Notes: generated by a model from the sequence alone, not told the origin. A stretch of 64,000 nucleotides of DNA from Thermodesulfobacteriota bacterium (GCA_039714595.1 JBDLJA010000009.1:189-64188), one strand, 5' to 3'. Positions 30,760-40,533 are shown, counted from the stretch's first letter. Made by a program: numbers and translations.

Positions 30760-32286
30760 TTAGTGAATCAGCTGGCTGTCGCGCTGAAAGTTGAAGTCGT
30801 CGTCATGCTCCGCGCTGTGGCACTGAAGACAGCGGCTTTCTTTTACCGTGCCAGCCATCTTCACCTTGTCCGGGGCGAGGCCATGGCTCCGGCCCGGGCC
30901 GTGGCACGCCTCGCAGCCCACCTGGCGCAGGTCGGCCGGCAGGCTTTGGGCCAGCTGGGCCGTCTCCGCCTCAAGGCCGGTGACGTGGCAGTGGACGCAC
31001 TTCATATTCTTCTCCTGCCCCTTGCGGGTCAGGCTGGCCATGGCCCGGGCATGGGCGGTCTCCTGCCAGGCCGTGAAGATTTCGCTGTGGCAGGGCTTAC
31101 AGCCCCGGCTGCCCAGGTACTTTTTTAGTCCCTGGCCCTGCTGCTGGTTCTTCTGGCCCCGGGCTGGTTTGATCTGGCCTGCCAGTCTCTTATGTCTCTC
31201 CAGCAGCTGGCGGATCTCAGGCTCGTCGCGGAGGCTGCTGCTGATGGCCATCTGCCGGGCCGTGTAGGTGGCGGGGGGATTTTTTTTCTGCTTTTTCTTG
31301 CTGCTCAAGCGGGTAATCTCCCCCTTGAGCTCCGCCACCTGGCCTTTTAGCCTTTTGTAGTGGGAATAAGTCTGGGGCGCGTCTTTGTACACCTGGGCCG
31401 GATCACCGCGCCGTTCCAGTCTCTTGATCTGCCAGTTAAGGCGGTCCATCTCCTGGCGCTTTGCCAGCAGCGACTCCCCCTTCTTCTGCCACCTGCCGCT
31501 ATCACTCCACCTTATCTTCAGCTCACCAATATACTTTCCCTCCTTGCCGCTCTGGCTAAGCAGGGAATTATTCACCAGCCGGGGCGCCATCTTGCCGCTG
31601 CCCTGGCCCGACTGGATGATGAGGTGGATCTCTTGGTGCTGACGGGCAATCTCTTGGTTTATGGTCGGCTTCAGGTTGGAGAGGAGGATCAGGATATCGC
31701 TCTTTCGCTTGAGCTTTGCCACCAGGGGCGGCAGGGACTCCTGCCACTTATTTATCTGATAGCCGGGGCGCGGCGGGGCGGAAGGACTGGTCAGAGCCAT
31801 GATAGCTACTTTAAGTCCCGCCCTGTTGATTATGGTGGAGGCCGGAAAGATGGTTTTCCCCCCACGGTCAACCAGATTGGCGCTAAGAAAGGGGAACTTT
31901 GCCGCCTTCGCCAGCTCGTTGAGAAAGGGCAGGCCGCCGGTGAGATCCCGCCGGCCAACGGCTACGGCCTCATAGCCTAAGATGTTATAGGCGGAGATTA
32001 TGGCCTGGGCCGTGATCTTCTCCTGGGCCAGGCGGGTGGGGTTGCTCACCTTCTCAGCCGTAAATAGGAGATCGCCGCCATCGATTAAGAGACGATTTTC
32101 CCCAGGATTTTCCTGAAGCAGGGTGGCTCGTTTGGGCAGACCGCCCAACTGGCTGGACTTTCAGCCGCACGGTTCGGTCTCGCCCCGCCCGTCATTGGTG
32201 TAGAGAAGGGTCAAGGGGGGGGCTGCCCCCTGGCAGAGGTTCGGCAGTGAAAGGAGGACCAGAATAAAAAGGTAAGAAAATTTCAT
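30760..32286 (-). CDS. Predicted selenoprotein: signal peptide, UshA-like domain with C-G-Sec, and tetraheme cytochrome c domain (508 aa)
   Basis: ATG at 32286 gives MKFSYLFILVLLSLPNLCQGAAPPLTLLYTNDGRGETEPCG-UGA(32161-32163)-KSSQLGGLPKR, in frame with ORF 30760..32148. Four CxxCH motifs (CKPCH, CVHCH, CEACH, CLQCH). Confidence 0.88.
32132..32163 (-). promoter_or_regulatory. Bacterial SECIS element following in-frame UGA
   Basis: UGA + 12 nt + UUGGGC-GGUCU-GCCCAA perfect 6-bp stem; the loop begins with G at +19. Confidence 0.8.
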
Positions 32287-32288
32287 AG

Positions 32289-33626
32289 TTATGTTTGTCT
32301 GTTGCGCCGCTGGGCCAGGATCTGTCGCCACTTGTGGAGGCGGTCCCTGATTACCGCCTCATGGCCACGGTTAGTGGGTTCATAGTAGATGTTGCCCCGC
32401 AGCTTCTCCGGTAGATGGTCTTGGTCGACAATGGCTGCCGGGTCGTCATGGGCGTACTTATAGCCCTTGCCATAGCCCAGGTCCTTCATAAGGGAGGTGG
32501 GGGCGTTCCGGATGGCTAAGGGGACGGGCAGGCTGCCGCTCTTTCTGATCTCGGCCATTACCCCTTTGTAGGCCTGGTAAACGGCGTTTGATTTTGGCGC
32601 GGTGGCTAGATAGGTGGCGCACTGGGCCAGGGCCAGCTCCCCTTCGGGGGAGCCGAGCATCTGGAAGCTGTCCCGGGCCGCCATGGCCAGGGTAAGGGCC
32701 CCGGCGTCGGCGTTGCCGATATCCTCGGAGGCGAAGCGGATCATCCGCCGGGCTACGTAGAGGGGGTCTTCGCCGGCGGCCAGCATCCGGCATAACCAGT
32801 AAAGGGCGCCGTCCGGGTCGGAGTCGCGCAGGCTCTTATGGAGGGCGGAGATCAGGTTGTAATGTTCCTCCCCGTCCCGGTCATAGCGCAGACTGCCGCG
32901 GTCAAAGGCATTCTCCACCATGTTAAGTTCCACCTGGCGGACGCCTGACCCATCCTCTTCGGCCAGGGAGGCGGCGATCTCCATGGAGTTAAGGAGCCGC
33001 CGGGCGTCACCGTCGGCCTGGGCCACCAGAAAGGCGATGGCCTCGTCGCTGATCTGGATATTGTCCCGCTGCAGGCCGTGAACCGGGTGGCTGATGGCCC
33101 GTCTGGCTATCTCCTCTAACTCTTCTTCCCCCAGCTCGTTTAAGGTGACCACTCGGCAGCGGGAGAGGAGGGGCGCCACCACCTGGAAGGATGGGTTCTC
33201 CGTGGTGGCGCCGATGAGGGTGATAAGACCGCTCTCCACATGGGGCAGGAAACCGTCCTGCTGGCCCTTGTTGAAGCGATGGATCTCATCGACAAAGAGG
33301 ATGGTCTTTTCCCCCTGGCGCTGGTAGCTCTCCGCCTCCTTTATAATGGCCCGGATCTCCTTGACGCCGGTGAGAACGGCGGAGAAAAAGATGAAGTTGG
33401 CCCCCGACTTGCTGGCCAGCAGCCGGGCCAGGGTGGTCTTGCCGGTGCCGGGCGGTCCCCAGAGGATAAGGGAGGGCAGCTTTTTGGCCGAAAGGAGGCG
33501 CTGGAGAAAGGAGCCGGGGCCGACAATCTTGGCCTGCCCCACAAAGTCACTGAGGCTTTGGGGCCGCAGCCGCTCGGCCAAGGGGCGGGCGTCACCGAAC
33601 AGGGAGGGCTGGGATTGGCTGGACAT
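32289..33626 (-). CDS. rarA: Replication-associated recombination protein A (AAA+ ATPase)
   Basis: PLAERLRP, WGPPGTGKTT, FVDEIHRFNK, ATTENPSF, ISALHKSLRDSD, ASEDIGNAD and APKSNA. Confidence 0.96.
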   Translation of the reverse strand: MSSQSQPSLFGDARPLAERLRPQSLSDFVGQAKIVGPGSFLQRLLSAKKLPSLILWGPPGTGKTTLARLLASKSGANFIFFSAVLTGVKEIRAIIKEAESYQRQGEKTILFVDEIHRFNKGQQDGFLPHVESGLITLIGATTENPSFQVVAPLLSRCRVVTLNELGEEELEEIARRAISHPVHGLQRDNIQISDEAIAFLVAQADGDARRLLNSMEIAASLAEEDGSGVRQVELNMVENAFDRGSLRYDRDGEEHYNLISALHKSLRDSDPDGALYWLCRMLAAGEDPLYVARRMIRFASEDIGNADAGALTLAMAARDSFQMLGSPEGELALAQCATYLATAPKSNAVYQAYKGVMAEIRKSGSLPVPLAIRNAPTSLMKDLGYGKGYKYAHDDPAAIVDQDHLPEKLRGNIYYEPTNRGHEAVIRDRLHKWRQILAQRRNRQT

Positions 33627-33633
33627 GGGCTGG

Positions 33634-34434
33634 TCACTCTCCCTGGTCGGTTATGATCTCGGCCATCCGTTCAGCGGTGAAGACCAGGGATTCGATATCC
33701 AGGTAGGTGAGGACATTGGCGGCAAAGAGAACCTTGACCTTGGCCGGGAAACCGTCCTCCGGCTCTTCGTCCCAGAAGATGATCTGTTGGGGGATGCGGG
33801 GCAGGACCGGGACAACGCAGGCCGCGGTGGCGCTGCTGCCGGTGAGCTCGCGGCCACCGACCTTGGCGCATAGGGCGAGAACCTGGGCCCGGCCCTTGGC
33901 GCTGAAGGCCTGGGCCAGCTTATCTTCACAGTAGGTGGCCAGGGTGCGCACCTTGGAGATGGAGTTGGGCAGGCTCTCCAGGCCGGTCCAGGTGGGATCA
34001 GGGGCGGGGCCGCCGCCAAAGTGGAGATAGTTGTAGAGAAGTATCTGGTCCCGCGGGTCGTCGGGCTCCGCCCCGTTGATCAATACCCCGCTGCCGCTGA
34101 TTCTGGTCTGCTGGCCCAGGTAGGTGAACTCCAGGCTGTCACCTATGAAGTTTGCCGCCAGAGGGGCGGCCAGGCTGGCCAGGTCAAGGCCTGCGACCTT
34201 GCCCTTCAGGTGGGCGATAAGGGCCATGTCCCGTTTTTTGGCCTCCTCCTCCAGGGGGGTGGCGCCGCCCTGGTCCAGGTTGAGGCTGCTACTGTCAAGA
34301 TAGGGGCATTTATGCGGGTCTTCGCCGCCCTTGGCAACATTGGCGGCAAAGGCCAGGCAGGCGGGATAACCGCACTCACCGCAGTTTGTCCGCGGGGTGA
34401 GTTTCAAGATCTGGTGGGGGGTGGGCTGTTCCAT
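33634..34434 (-). CDS. Putative Fe-S cluster domain plus DUF3786-like protein
   Basis: N-terminal PRTNCGECGYPACLAFA..CPY Fe-S motif; C-terminal VPVLPRIP..FWDEE..FPAKVKVLF. Confidence 0.8.
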   Translation of the reverse strand: MEQPTPHQILKLTPRTNCGECGYPACLAFAANVAKGGEDPHKCPYLDSSSLNLDQGGATPLEEEAKKRDMALIAHLKGKVAGLDLASLAAPLAANFIGDSLEFTYLGQQTRISGSGVLINGAEPDDPRDQILLYNYLHFGGGPAPDPTWTGLESLPNSISKVRTLATYCEDKLAQAFSAKGRAQVLALCAKVGGRELTGSSATAACVVPVLPRIPQQIIFWDEEPEDGFPAKVKVLFAANVLTYLDIESLVFTAERMAEIITDQGE

Positions 34435-34700
34435 CAGATAACCATGCGGATGGCGGGTTGCTGGCAGAGGGCGGCAAAGATATTGTTGCGCATCTCTTCT
34501 GACTCCACCACCAGCTCCAGGTTAAGGGAGATGTATTTGCCCTTGGAGCTTTTCTTTGACGGCCGGAGGATATGGGCCTGGGGGGCCACGACCCCGGCCA
34601 CGGCCAGCTCAAGGGCTCTCTTGTCGCTGCCAATAACCACAAACTGCCAGGGACAGGGATAGTTGATCTCAGGTCTTTTATCTTGCAGGCAGTTGGCCAT
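34434..34700 (-). CDS. DUF493 / YbeD family protein
   Basis: INYPCPWQFVVIG..SKKSSKGKYISLNL; 1-nt overlap with the next gene. Confidence 0.85.
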   Translation of the reverse strand: MANCLQDKRPEINYPCPWQFVVIGSDKRALELAVAGVVAPQAHILRPSKKSSKGKYISLNLELVVESEEMRNNIFAALCQQPAIRMVI

Positions 34701-34890
34701 GGCGAACGGTGTTGGCTGAATTTGTTTGAGGTAAGTGAAGGGGAGGATCTGTAAAAATAATCCACCACGAGCAAATTGACAATCGCCATGATTATATTTT
34801 TATCAATTCTAAGATGTTAAGGTGGCAGGGTCTCAGGAGATGGTCATCTGTCACCTCTAACTTGGCCATGGCCTGGTTGCAAACGGAAAT

Positions 34891-35130
34891 CTGATTACCA
34901 CTGACTTTTAGCCGGCTTGGCAGGAGACTGAAAGGTTATCAGTTTAATTGCAATAATTTTGGGGCTTGAAAAATCAGCAATACTTCTTTTTCAGCGCAGA
35001 CATCGAAGACGCAGGTAAGAGACCAAAGGGAGATTCCGAAGATAACTACTTGTCTTTATAAGAAAAAAACTTTGCGTCCTTTGCGCCTTCGAAGTCTGCG
35101 CTTATCTGCGGTGAATTTATACGGGCTGAT
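34891..35130. repeat. ~240 bp dispersed intergenic repeat, copy 2
   Basis: Same orientation as 28171. Carries TGCGCCTTCGAAGTCTGCGCTTATCTGCGG near its 3' end, a near reverse complement of the internal motif of copy 1. Confidence 0.9.
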
Positions 35131-35229
35131 ACTTAGTGATAATCAGAAACTGAAATGACATCTGGCCTAGATAGGGGCAGACTTCGAGGGGAACAGCTGG
35201 CCTGAGCTTCGCTGCAAAAGCGGGGTTGC

Positions 35230-35568
35230 TCAGGGGGCAGGGGGTGGGGTAAAGGAGATTAGCTCAATCAGGCTATGGTGGAGTTGTTCAAGGCGGTCAG
35301 TAATGGCGGCGTCATCACCTGTCTTGCAGGCGGTTCGCAGTGATTCTGTCAGATGGGCCGTTTTTTCGGCGGTGATGGTGCCGGCGGCGCCGCTGATCTT
35401 ATGGCAGATCTGCCGGATCTTTTCCCGGTCATAGGGCTGGGCGCTGGCCTCCTCAAGCTCTTCCTGCCATTCGGGGATGCGTTTGTTCAGGGCGGCAAGT
35501 AAGGAGTCCACCTTTGCCCGGTCGCCAGCGAACATGGTTACTAATTTATTATAGTCGATGATATGCAT
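35230..35568 (-). CDS. Hpt (histidine phosphotransfer) domain protein
   Basis: All-helical; ICHKISGAAGTI matches the Hpt HxLKGxxG motif. Confidence 0.8.
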   Translation of the reverse strand: MHIIDYNKLVTMFAGDRAKVDSLLAALNKRIPEWQEELEEASAQPYDREKIRQICHKISGAAGTITAEKTAHLTESLRTACKTGDDAAITDRLEQLHHSLIELISFTPPPAP

Positions 35569-35750
35569 GGCAAGACTTTTGGCCTGCTCTGGGTTTGTCG
35601 GTTCGGAACTTTTTTATTATTTGGCCTGGCCCTCTGTTATTATGGGCAGCACTTCTCAGTTAGTTTAACGGAGGTGTCTCCCCGGGGACAAGAAATTTAT
35701 TAATTGTATAAATTCTTTTAAAATTAAATGGTTATTGTGGAGTTTTTGGC

Positions 35751-37517
35751 ATGACGGTTTCTGAGTTTCTGCCAACCAGCGCGGCTGAGATGGCCAGGCG
35801 CGGCTGGCAACAGGTTGATATTATTCTGGTCAGCGGCGACGCCTATGTGGATCACCCATCCTTTGGCGTGGCCCTCATCGGCCGATTGCTGGAAAGTAAG
35901 GGCTTTAAGGTGGCCATGCTCTGTCAGCCGCGCCATGATCGGCCCGATGATTTTCGTACCTTTGGCCGGCCCCGCCTCTTCTTTGGTATCAGCGCTGGCA
36001 ACCTTGACTCCATCGTCAGTAACTACAGCGGCAACGGCAAGGTGCGGGATCAGGATAACTACTCGCCCGATGGTAATCCCTATTTCCCCGGCCCCCGGGA
36101 GAAGCATAATCGCCGCCGGCCGGACCGGGCCACCATCCGTTACGCCAACCTGGCCCGTCAGGCCTACGACGAGGCAACCATTGTCCTGGGGGGGATCGAG
36201 GCCTCCCTGCGCCGTTTTGGCCATTACGATTATCAGCAGCAGAAGCTGCGCGGCTCGGTGCTCACCGATGCCAAGGCCGATCTTCTTCTCTACGGCATGG
36301 CGGAGCGGGCAGTGGTGGAGGTGGCCGAAAGGCTGGCGCGGGGCGAGGGCTTAACCGCTATTGCTGGTTCCTGCCAGCGCTTGAGTCCCAAGGAGATGGC
36401 CGCTCGCGTCGATCTGGCCGAGGCAGAGATATTGCCGTCGCTAACCGCCATCAAGGACGATCCCGCCCTCTTCCTCGTGGCGGAGCAGGCCATAGACCGC
36501 GCCGCCCGGGCCAACTCGGCCAAGGTCCTGGTCCAGGAGCAACAGGGCCAGCTGGTGGTTCAATATCCCGCCGCGGACCAGTTGAGCGGCCAGGAACTGG
36601 ACAGTCTCTATGAGTTACCCTACACCCGGCGGGCTCACCCCGCCTTTGGCCGGGTGCCGGCCTGGGAGATGATCAGACATTCGCTGACCATTGTCAGGGG
36701 TTGTTCCGGCAACTGTTCCTTCTGCGCCATAACCCGCCACCAGGGGAGCGAGATCGTCAGCCGCTCCAAGGGTTCCATCAAAGGGGAGATAGCAGAGCTG
36801 GTTAAGCTGGATTCTTTCAAGGGGACCATCTCTGACTTAGGCGGCCCCACGGCCAACCTCTACGGCACCAGCTGCGCCAAGGGGGGCTGCCCGCGCCGGG
36901 ACTGCCTCTTTCCCCGTCCCTGCCCCCATCTGCGTCAGGATGAAGAGGGGTTGCTGGCCCTGCTGCGGGAGTGTAAGGGGATGGCCGGGGTGACAAAACT
37001 CTTTGTCTCCTCCGGCCTGCGGATGGAGCTGTTATTGCAAACGCCCCGGCTGCTCAGGCAGCTGATCCGCCACCACGTTCCCGGCGCCATGAAGATTGCC
37101 CCGGAGCATTGTCAACCTCAGGTTCTCCACCTCATGCATAAGGAGGGCTCCCAGGTCCTGGTGGATTTTCTCGCCCGCTGCCGGCAGATTGGCCGGGAAG
37201 AGGGTAAGGCGATTCGCTTTACCCCTTATTTTATCTCGGCCCACCCGGGCTGCCGGCCGGCTGATATGGCGGAGTTGGCCGGGACGGCCAGGCGGCTGGG
37301 GCTGGATCTCACCCATGTCCAGGATTTTACCCCCAGCCCGGGAACCCTGGCCACGGCCATGTATGTCAGTGGCCGCGGCCCTGATGGCCGGCCAATTTTT
37401 GTGGCCCGGGGCTTTAAACAGAGGATGGCCCAGCGGGCCGTCTTGCAGGGTAAGGGGAAAAGGCCGCCTTCCCGCCGGCGCAAGGGCGGCAAGGGGGGCA
37501 GGGGGGGGAAATCATGA
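35751..37517 (+). CDS. YgiQ family radical SAM protein
   Basis: GDAYVDHPSFG, GNLDSIV, GGIEASLRR, RGCSGNCSFC, DLGGPTAN, MKIAPEH and PYFISAHPGC. Confidence 0.92.
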   Translation: MTVSEFLPTSAAEMARRGWQQVDIILVSGDAYVDHPSFGVALIGRLLESKGFKVAMLCQPRHDRPDDFRTFGRPRLFFGISAGNLDSIVSNYSGNGKVRDQDNYSPDGNPYFPGPREKHNRRRPDRATIRYANLARQAYDEATIVLGGIEASLRRFGHYDYQQQKLRGSVLTDAKADLLLYGMAERAVVEVAERLARGEGLTAIAGSCQRLSPKEMAARVDLAEAEILPSLTAIKDDPALFLVAEQAIDRAARANSAKVLVQEQQGQLVVQYPAADQLSGQELDSLYELPYTRRAHPAFGRVPAWEMIRHSLTIVRGCSGNCSFCAITRHQGSEIVSRSKGSIKGEIAELVKLDSFKGTISDLGGPTANLYGTSCAKGGCPRRDCLFPRPCPHLRQDEEGLLALLRECKGMAGVTKLFVSSGLRMELLLQTPRLLRQLIRHHVPGAMKIAPEHCQPQVLHLMHKEGSQVLVDFLARCRQIGREEGKAIRFTPYFISAHPGCRPADMAELAGTARRLGLDLTHVQDFTPSPGTLATAMYVSGRGPDGRPIFVARGFKQRMAQRAVLQGKGKRPPSRRRKGGKGGRGGKS

Positions 37518-37567
37518 CAACCGTCAGGCTATCTTGAATAATTATCTGGGCATTAATATTAAAGTTG

Positions 37568-37655
37568 ACCGCAAAGGCGCAAGGTTCGCAAAGGTAACTG
37601 CTTGTAAAAAGGGGAAAAATGAATTGCGAACTGTGTGGTTATCCGCGCCCTGGCG
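37568..37655. repeat. Degenerate CGCAAAG-type palindrome
   Basis: ACCGCAAAGGCGCAAGGTTCGCAAAG; the partial complements TTGCGAAC and GCGCCCTGGCG lie downstream but in an order that does not nest into one hairpin. Confidence 0.45.
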
Positions 37656-37755
37656 CTAAGAGAAACAGCTTTTCGAATTTTTCAAGAATGACTTTAGGCT
37701 GTAAACGCCAATAACTGTCAGGCCTCAGCTCTGGCAGTTATTGGCAGTAGAAGAG

Positions 37756-38283
37756 CTATTTTCTGGGGTGATTAAGGTCAAGGGCCTTATCCCACTCAGC
37801 AACCCTATCCTCCATCTTGCTGAGCACCGCCTCGGCGTCACCGCTCAGGGTGATGGCGTTGATCAGGTCGCCCTGGACAATCTCGTTGACCACCTGCTGG
37901 TCGTCCTCAGAGACCACCTCGCCAAAGACCGCGTGTTTGCCGTCCAGCCAGGGGCAGGGGACATGGGTGATAAAGAACTGGCTGCCGTTGGTGCCGGGAC
38001 CGGCGTTGGCCATGGAGAGCTTGCCCGGGGCGTCATGGTTAAGTCCCGGGGCGAACTCGTCTTCAAAACGGTAGCCAGGCTCGCCGGTGCCGGTGCCCAG
38101 GGGACAACCGCCCTGGACCATGAAATCGTTGATTACCCGGTGGAAGTTGAGGCCGTTATAGAAGCCCCGTTGGACCAGATTGACAAAGTTGGCCACGGTC
38201 AGCGGCGCCTCCTGGGCAAAGAGTTTGATGTTGATCTTGCCCTTGCTGGTGTCAAAGGTGGCGATAAGGTTGTCGTCTGCCAT
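37756..38283 (-). CDS. Peptidyl-prolyl cis-trans isomerase (cyclophilin type)
   Basis: [36 protein letters not shown] and [10 protein letters not shown]. Confidence 0.96.
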   Translation of the reverse strand: MADDNLIATFDTSKGKINIKLFAQEAPLTVANFVNLVQRGFYNGLNFHRVINDFMVQGGCPLGTGTGEPGYRFEDEFAPGLNHDAPGKLSMANAGPGTNGSQFFITHVPCPWLDGKHAVFGEVVSEDDQQVVNEIVQGDLINAITLSGDAEAVLSKMEDRVAEWDKALDLNHPRK

Positions 38284-38499
38284 GATTTTCCTCATTTATT
38301 GTTTGTCTGCCACTTACTTACAGCTAATCGATAAGTGGATTTTAAGTTAAAAAAAGCGTTTACAGGTACAATCTACAAAAGTTGCCCTAATCTGCCAATA
38401 TGATTGTTGCGTTTCAGCAGTCACTTCTGCCTGGTCACCATTAGTCACCCTGGAGTGGGGTAAATTACCCCCTTCCGGCCCGCATGGTCTTAAAAAAAA

Positions 38500-39300
38500 T
38501 CATCCCCTGACCTTGAGGCGATCAAGGCGTAATCTATGCCGCTCATCAAAGAGGTGGCGGGCGCTGAGGCGCACCACGGCAAGAACGCCAAAGCCGGTGC
38601 CGGTGGTTATGAGAAACATGATGAGAATTTGATATTTTACGGCCTCTATGGGTGGGGTGCCAGAGAGGATCTGGCCGGTCATCATGCCTGGCAGGGAGAC
38701 GATGCCGGTGGTGGCCATGGCGTTTAAGATCGGCGTCATGCCGGTGCGCACCGCGCCCTTGATCAACTGGTTCATCGCCTGGGGCCAGGTCTTTCCCAGC
38801 ATGAGCTGTTGCTCGATTATCCCCCGTTGCTGCCACACCGTGCTGGTGAGGGTGTCCATGCTCAGGGCCACGCCGTTCATGGTGTTGCCCAGGAGCATAC
38901 CAAGGAGGGGAATGGCGTACTGCGGTTTGTACCAGGGGGTAATGTCAATTATCACGGTGAGGGCCACCATGGTGACGGAAAAGGAGGAGATCGCCATGGC
39001 CGCCAGGCTGATGAAAAATGGCCATCTGCCCTTAAAGGGCCGCTCCTGCCGGCTGGCGGTGGCCTGGCCGGCGGTGAGGAGCATGATGGCGGCCATGAGG
39101 AGAACGGCGGCCAGGGAGCCCCTGCTGAAAAGAACCTGGAGGATGAGGCCCATGAGCAGCAGCTGCAGGGTGCAGCGCAGGGCGGCCACGTATAGTTGTC
39201 TGCTGAACTGGAGCTGTTGGCCAATGCTCACCAGGCCGAGGATGAAGATCAGCAGGGCGGCGATGCTGAGATCGGCAGGTGTGAGGGAGATGACGGCCAT
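38500..39300 (-). CDS. FetB/YbbM (UPF0014) ABC transporter permease
   Basis: QLLLMG, PQYAIPLLGMLLGN and GIVSLPGMMTGQILSG..AVKYQI motifs. Confidence 0.9.
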   Translation of the reverse strand: MAVISLTPADLSIAALLIFILGLVSIGQQLQFSRQLYVAALRCTLQLLLMGLILQVLFSRGSLAAVLLMAAIMLLTAGQATASRQERPFKGRWPFFISLAAMAISSFSVTMVALTVIIDITPWYKPQYAIPLLGMLLGNTMNGVALSMDTLTSTVWQQRGIIEQQLMLGKTWPQAMNQLIKGAVRTGMTPILNAMATTGIVSLPGMMTGQILSGTPPIEAVKYQILIMFLITTGTGFGVLAVVRLSARHLFDERHRLRLDRLKVRG

Positions 39301-39381
39301 GAAGATATGATGCCCTGGGGAAGACCCAGCCTCTGGGCGCGATAGGCTGTTGCTCTAGTTTCTTTTGTCTAGATAAAGAAA

Positions 39382-39406
39382 ACGCCATGACTGGTCGTCA
39401 TGGCGT
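39382..39406. repeat. Perfect hairpin between response regulator and fetB
   Basis: ACGCCATGAC-TGGTC-GTCATGGCGT. Confidence 0.55.
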
Positions 39407-39475
39407 ATGTCAGGTGACTCCCTCCTGGGAAGCGAAGCCTAGGGGCGAACGATGCTGCGGCAGAGATTGCTTTTC

Positions 39476-39901
39476 TCAGGGCCCATTGCTCGTCTTTGCC
39501 TGGGGTTCGATGAGTTCCAGCTCTTCCAGCTGGCTGATTATCTCTTTGGTGGTTACCGGTTTGGTCAGGTAGGCGTGACAGCCGCCATCGATGAAGGCGG
39601 TGGTAATGTTCTCCTTATCAATGAGGCCGGTGAGCATGATTACCTTGACGATTTCCGCGCTGGCGATATCGCGGTCTGTCTCAATCTCACGGATCTCTTT
39701 CAGGGTCTTTTGCCCGTCCAGGTCAGGCATCATGATATCAAGACAGACGAGATTAAAGGGGCTCCCCTGGTTATGGGCCTCGGTGAAGAGATCAAGGGCG
39801 GCAAAACCGTTTGCCGCCTCATGGACCGGGCCATACTGGCTAAGAAATTCCACCAGCATCTGGCGGTTGGTGGCATCATCCTCAACAATAAGTGTTTTCA
39901 T
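39476..39901 (-). CDS. Single-domain response regulator (CheY-like)
   Basis: LIVEDD, CLDIMMP (phospho-Asp), MLT and YLTKP. Confidence 0.93.
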   Translation of the reverse strand: MKTLIVEDDATNRQMLVEFLSQYGPVHEAANGFAALDLFTEAHNQGSPFNLVCLDIMMPDLDGQKTLKEIREIETDRDIASAEIVKVIMLTGLIDKENITTAFIDGGCHAYLTKPVTTKEIISQLEELELIEPQAKTSNGP

Positions 39902-39906
39902 GGTGT

Positions 39907-40521
39907 TCACTGTAACTCGTTGCTTTCCAAAAAATGTTGTGACTGAAAGCGGTAGTGGCGTTTGGCCAGCCTCTGCTGCTGGGCCGGATCATGGCTGATC
40001 CAGATAATCGCGCACCGCTGTTCCAGTTGATAATCGGTGATTAGCTTTTCCATCCGTCTGGTGTTGCTGTCATCAAGGTTGGCAGTGGGCTCGTCTAGAA
40101 GAAGCAGGCTGGGGGTCATCTGCAAGAGACGGATCAGGGCCAGTCGTTGCCGTTCACCCGAAGAGAGATGGATAATACTCTTTTCTAAAATTGCCGGTGA
40201 TAAGTCAAGATTTTTTAGCCGCTTATGCAGCAGTTGCTCTTTCTGCTCAAAGTTGTCGCCCACCCGGTCGTGCCACCAGAAGTTCTCCGCCGGCAACAAG
40301 CCCACCTGGCGGCGCCAGAGCCAGGGGGCGATATCCTCCTGCCTCTTCTCATTGAGGAGAATTGTCCCGTCATGGGGGTCGAGATCCGCTATGGCGCGCA
40401 GGAGCCGGGACTTGCCGCAGCCGGACGGGCCGCTGACCATAATGGTTTCCCCACCAGTAAGCTTCAGGGCTAAGGGCTCATTGTCACCGATGGTCAGATT
40501 TTTGATGGCCAGTAATACCAT
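39907..40521 (-). CDS. FetA/YbbL-like ABC transporter ATP-binding protein
   Basis: GPSGCGKS, LSSGERQR and LLLDEPTANLD; short ~205 aa ABC domain near fetB. Confidence 0.88.
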   Translation of the reverse strand: MVLLAIKNLTIGDNEPLALKLTGGETIMVSGPSGCGKSRLLRAIADLDPHDGTILLNEKRQEDIAPWLWRRQVGLLPAENFWWHDRVGDNFEQKEQLLHKRLKNLDLSPAILEKSIIHLSSGERQRLALIRLLQMTPSLLLLDEPTANLDDSNTRRMEKLITDYQLEQRCAIIWISHDPAQQQRLAKRHYRFQSQHFLESNELQ

Positions 40522-40533
40522 TGTCCCCAAGAC

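Noticed and set aside
30760-32148. TTG start at 32148 as the true start of the cytochrome gene
   Set aside because: It would lack the signal peptide needed for heme c attachment, and the upstream in-frame sequence continues the domain motif across a SECIS-followed UGA.
34820-34900. GGAGATGG..CTGAT resembling a fluoride riboswitch
   Set aside because: The required pairings and AACCGC-type conserved segment are absent, the CTGAT belongs to the repeat, and no crcB-type gene follows.
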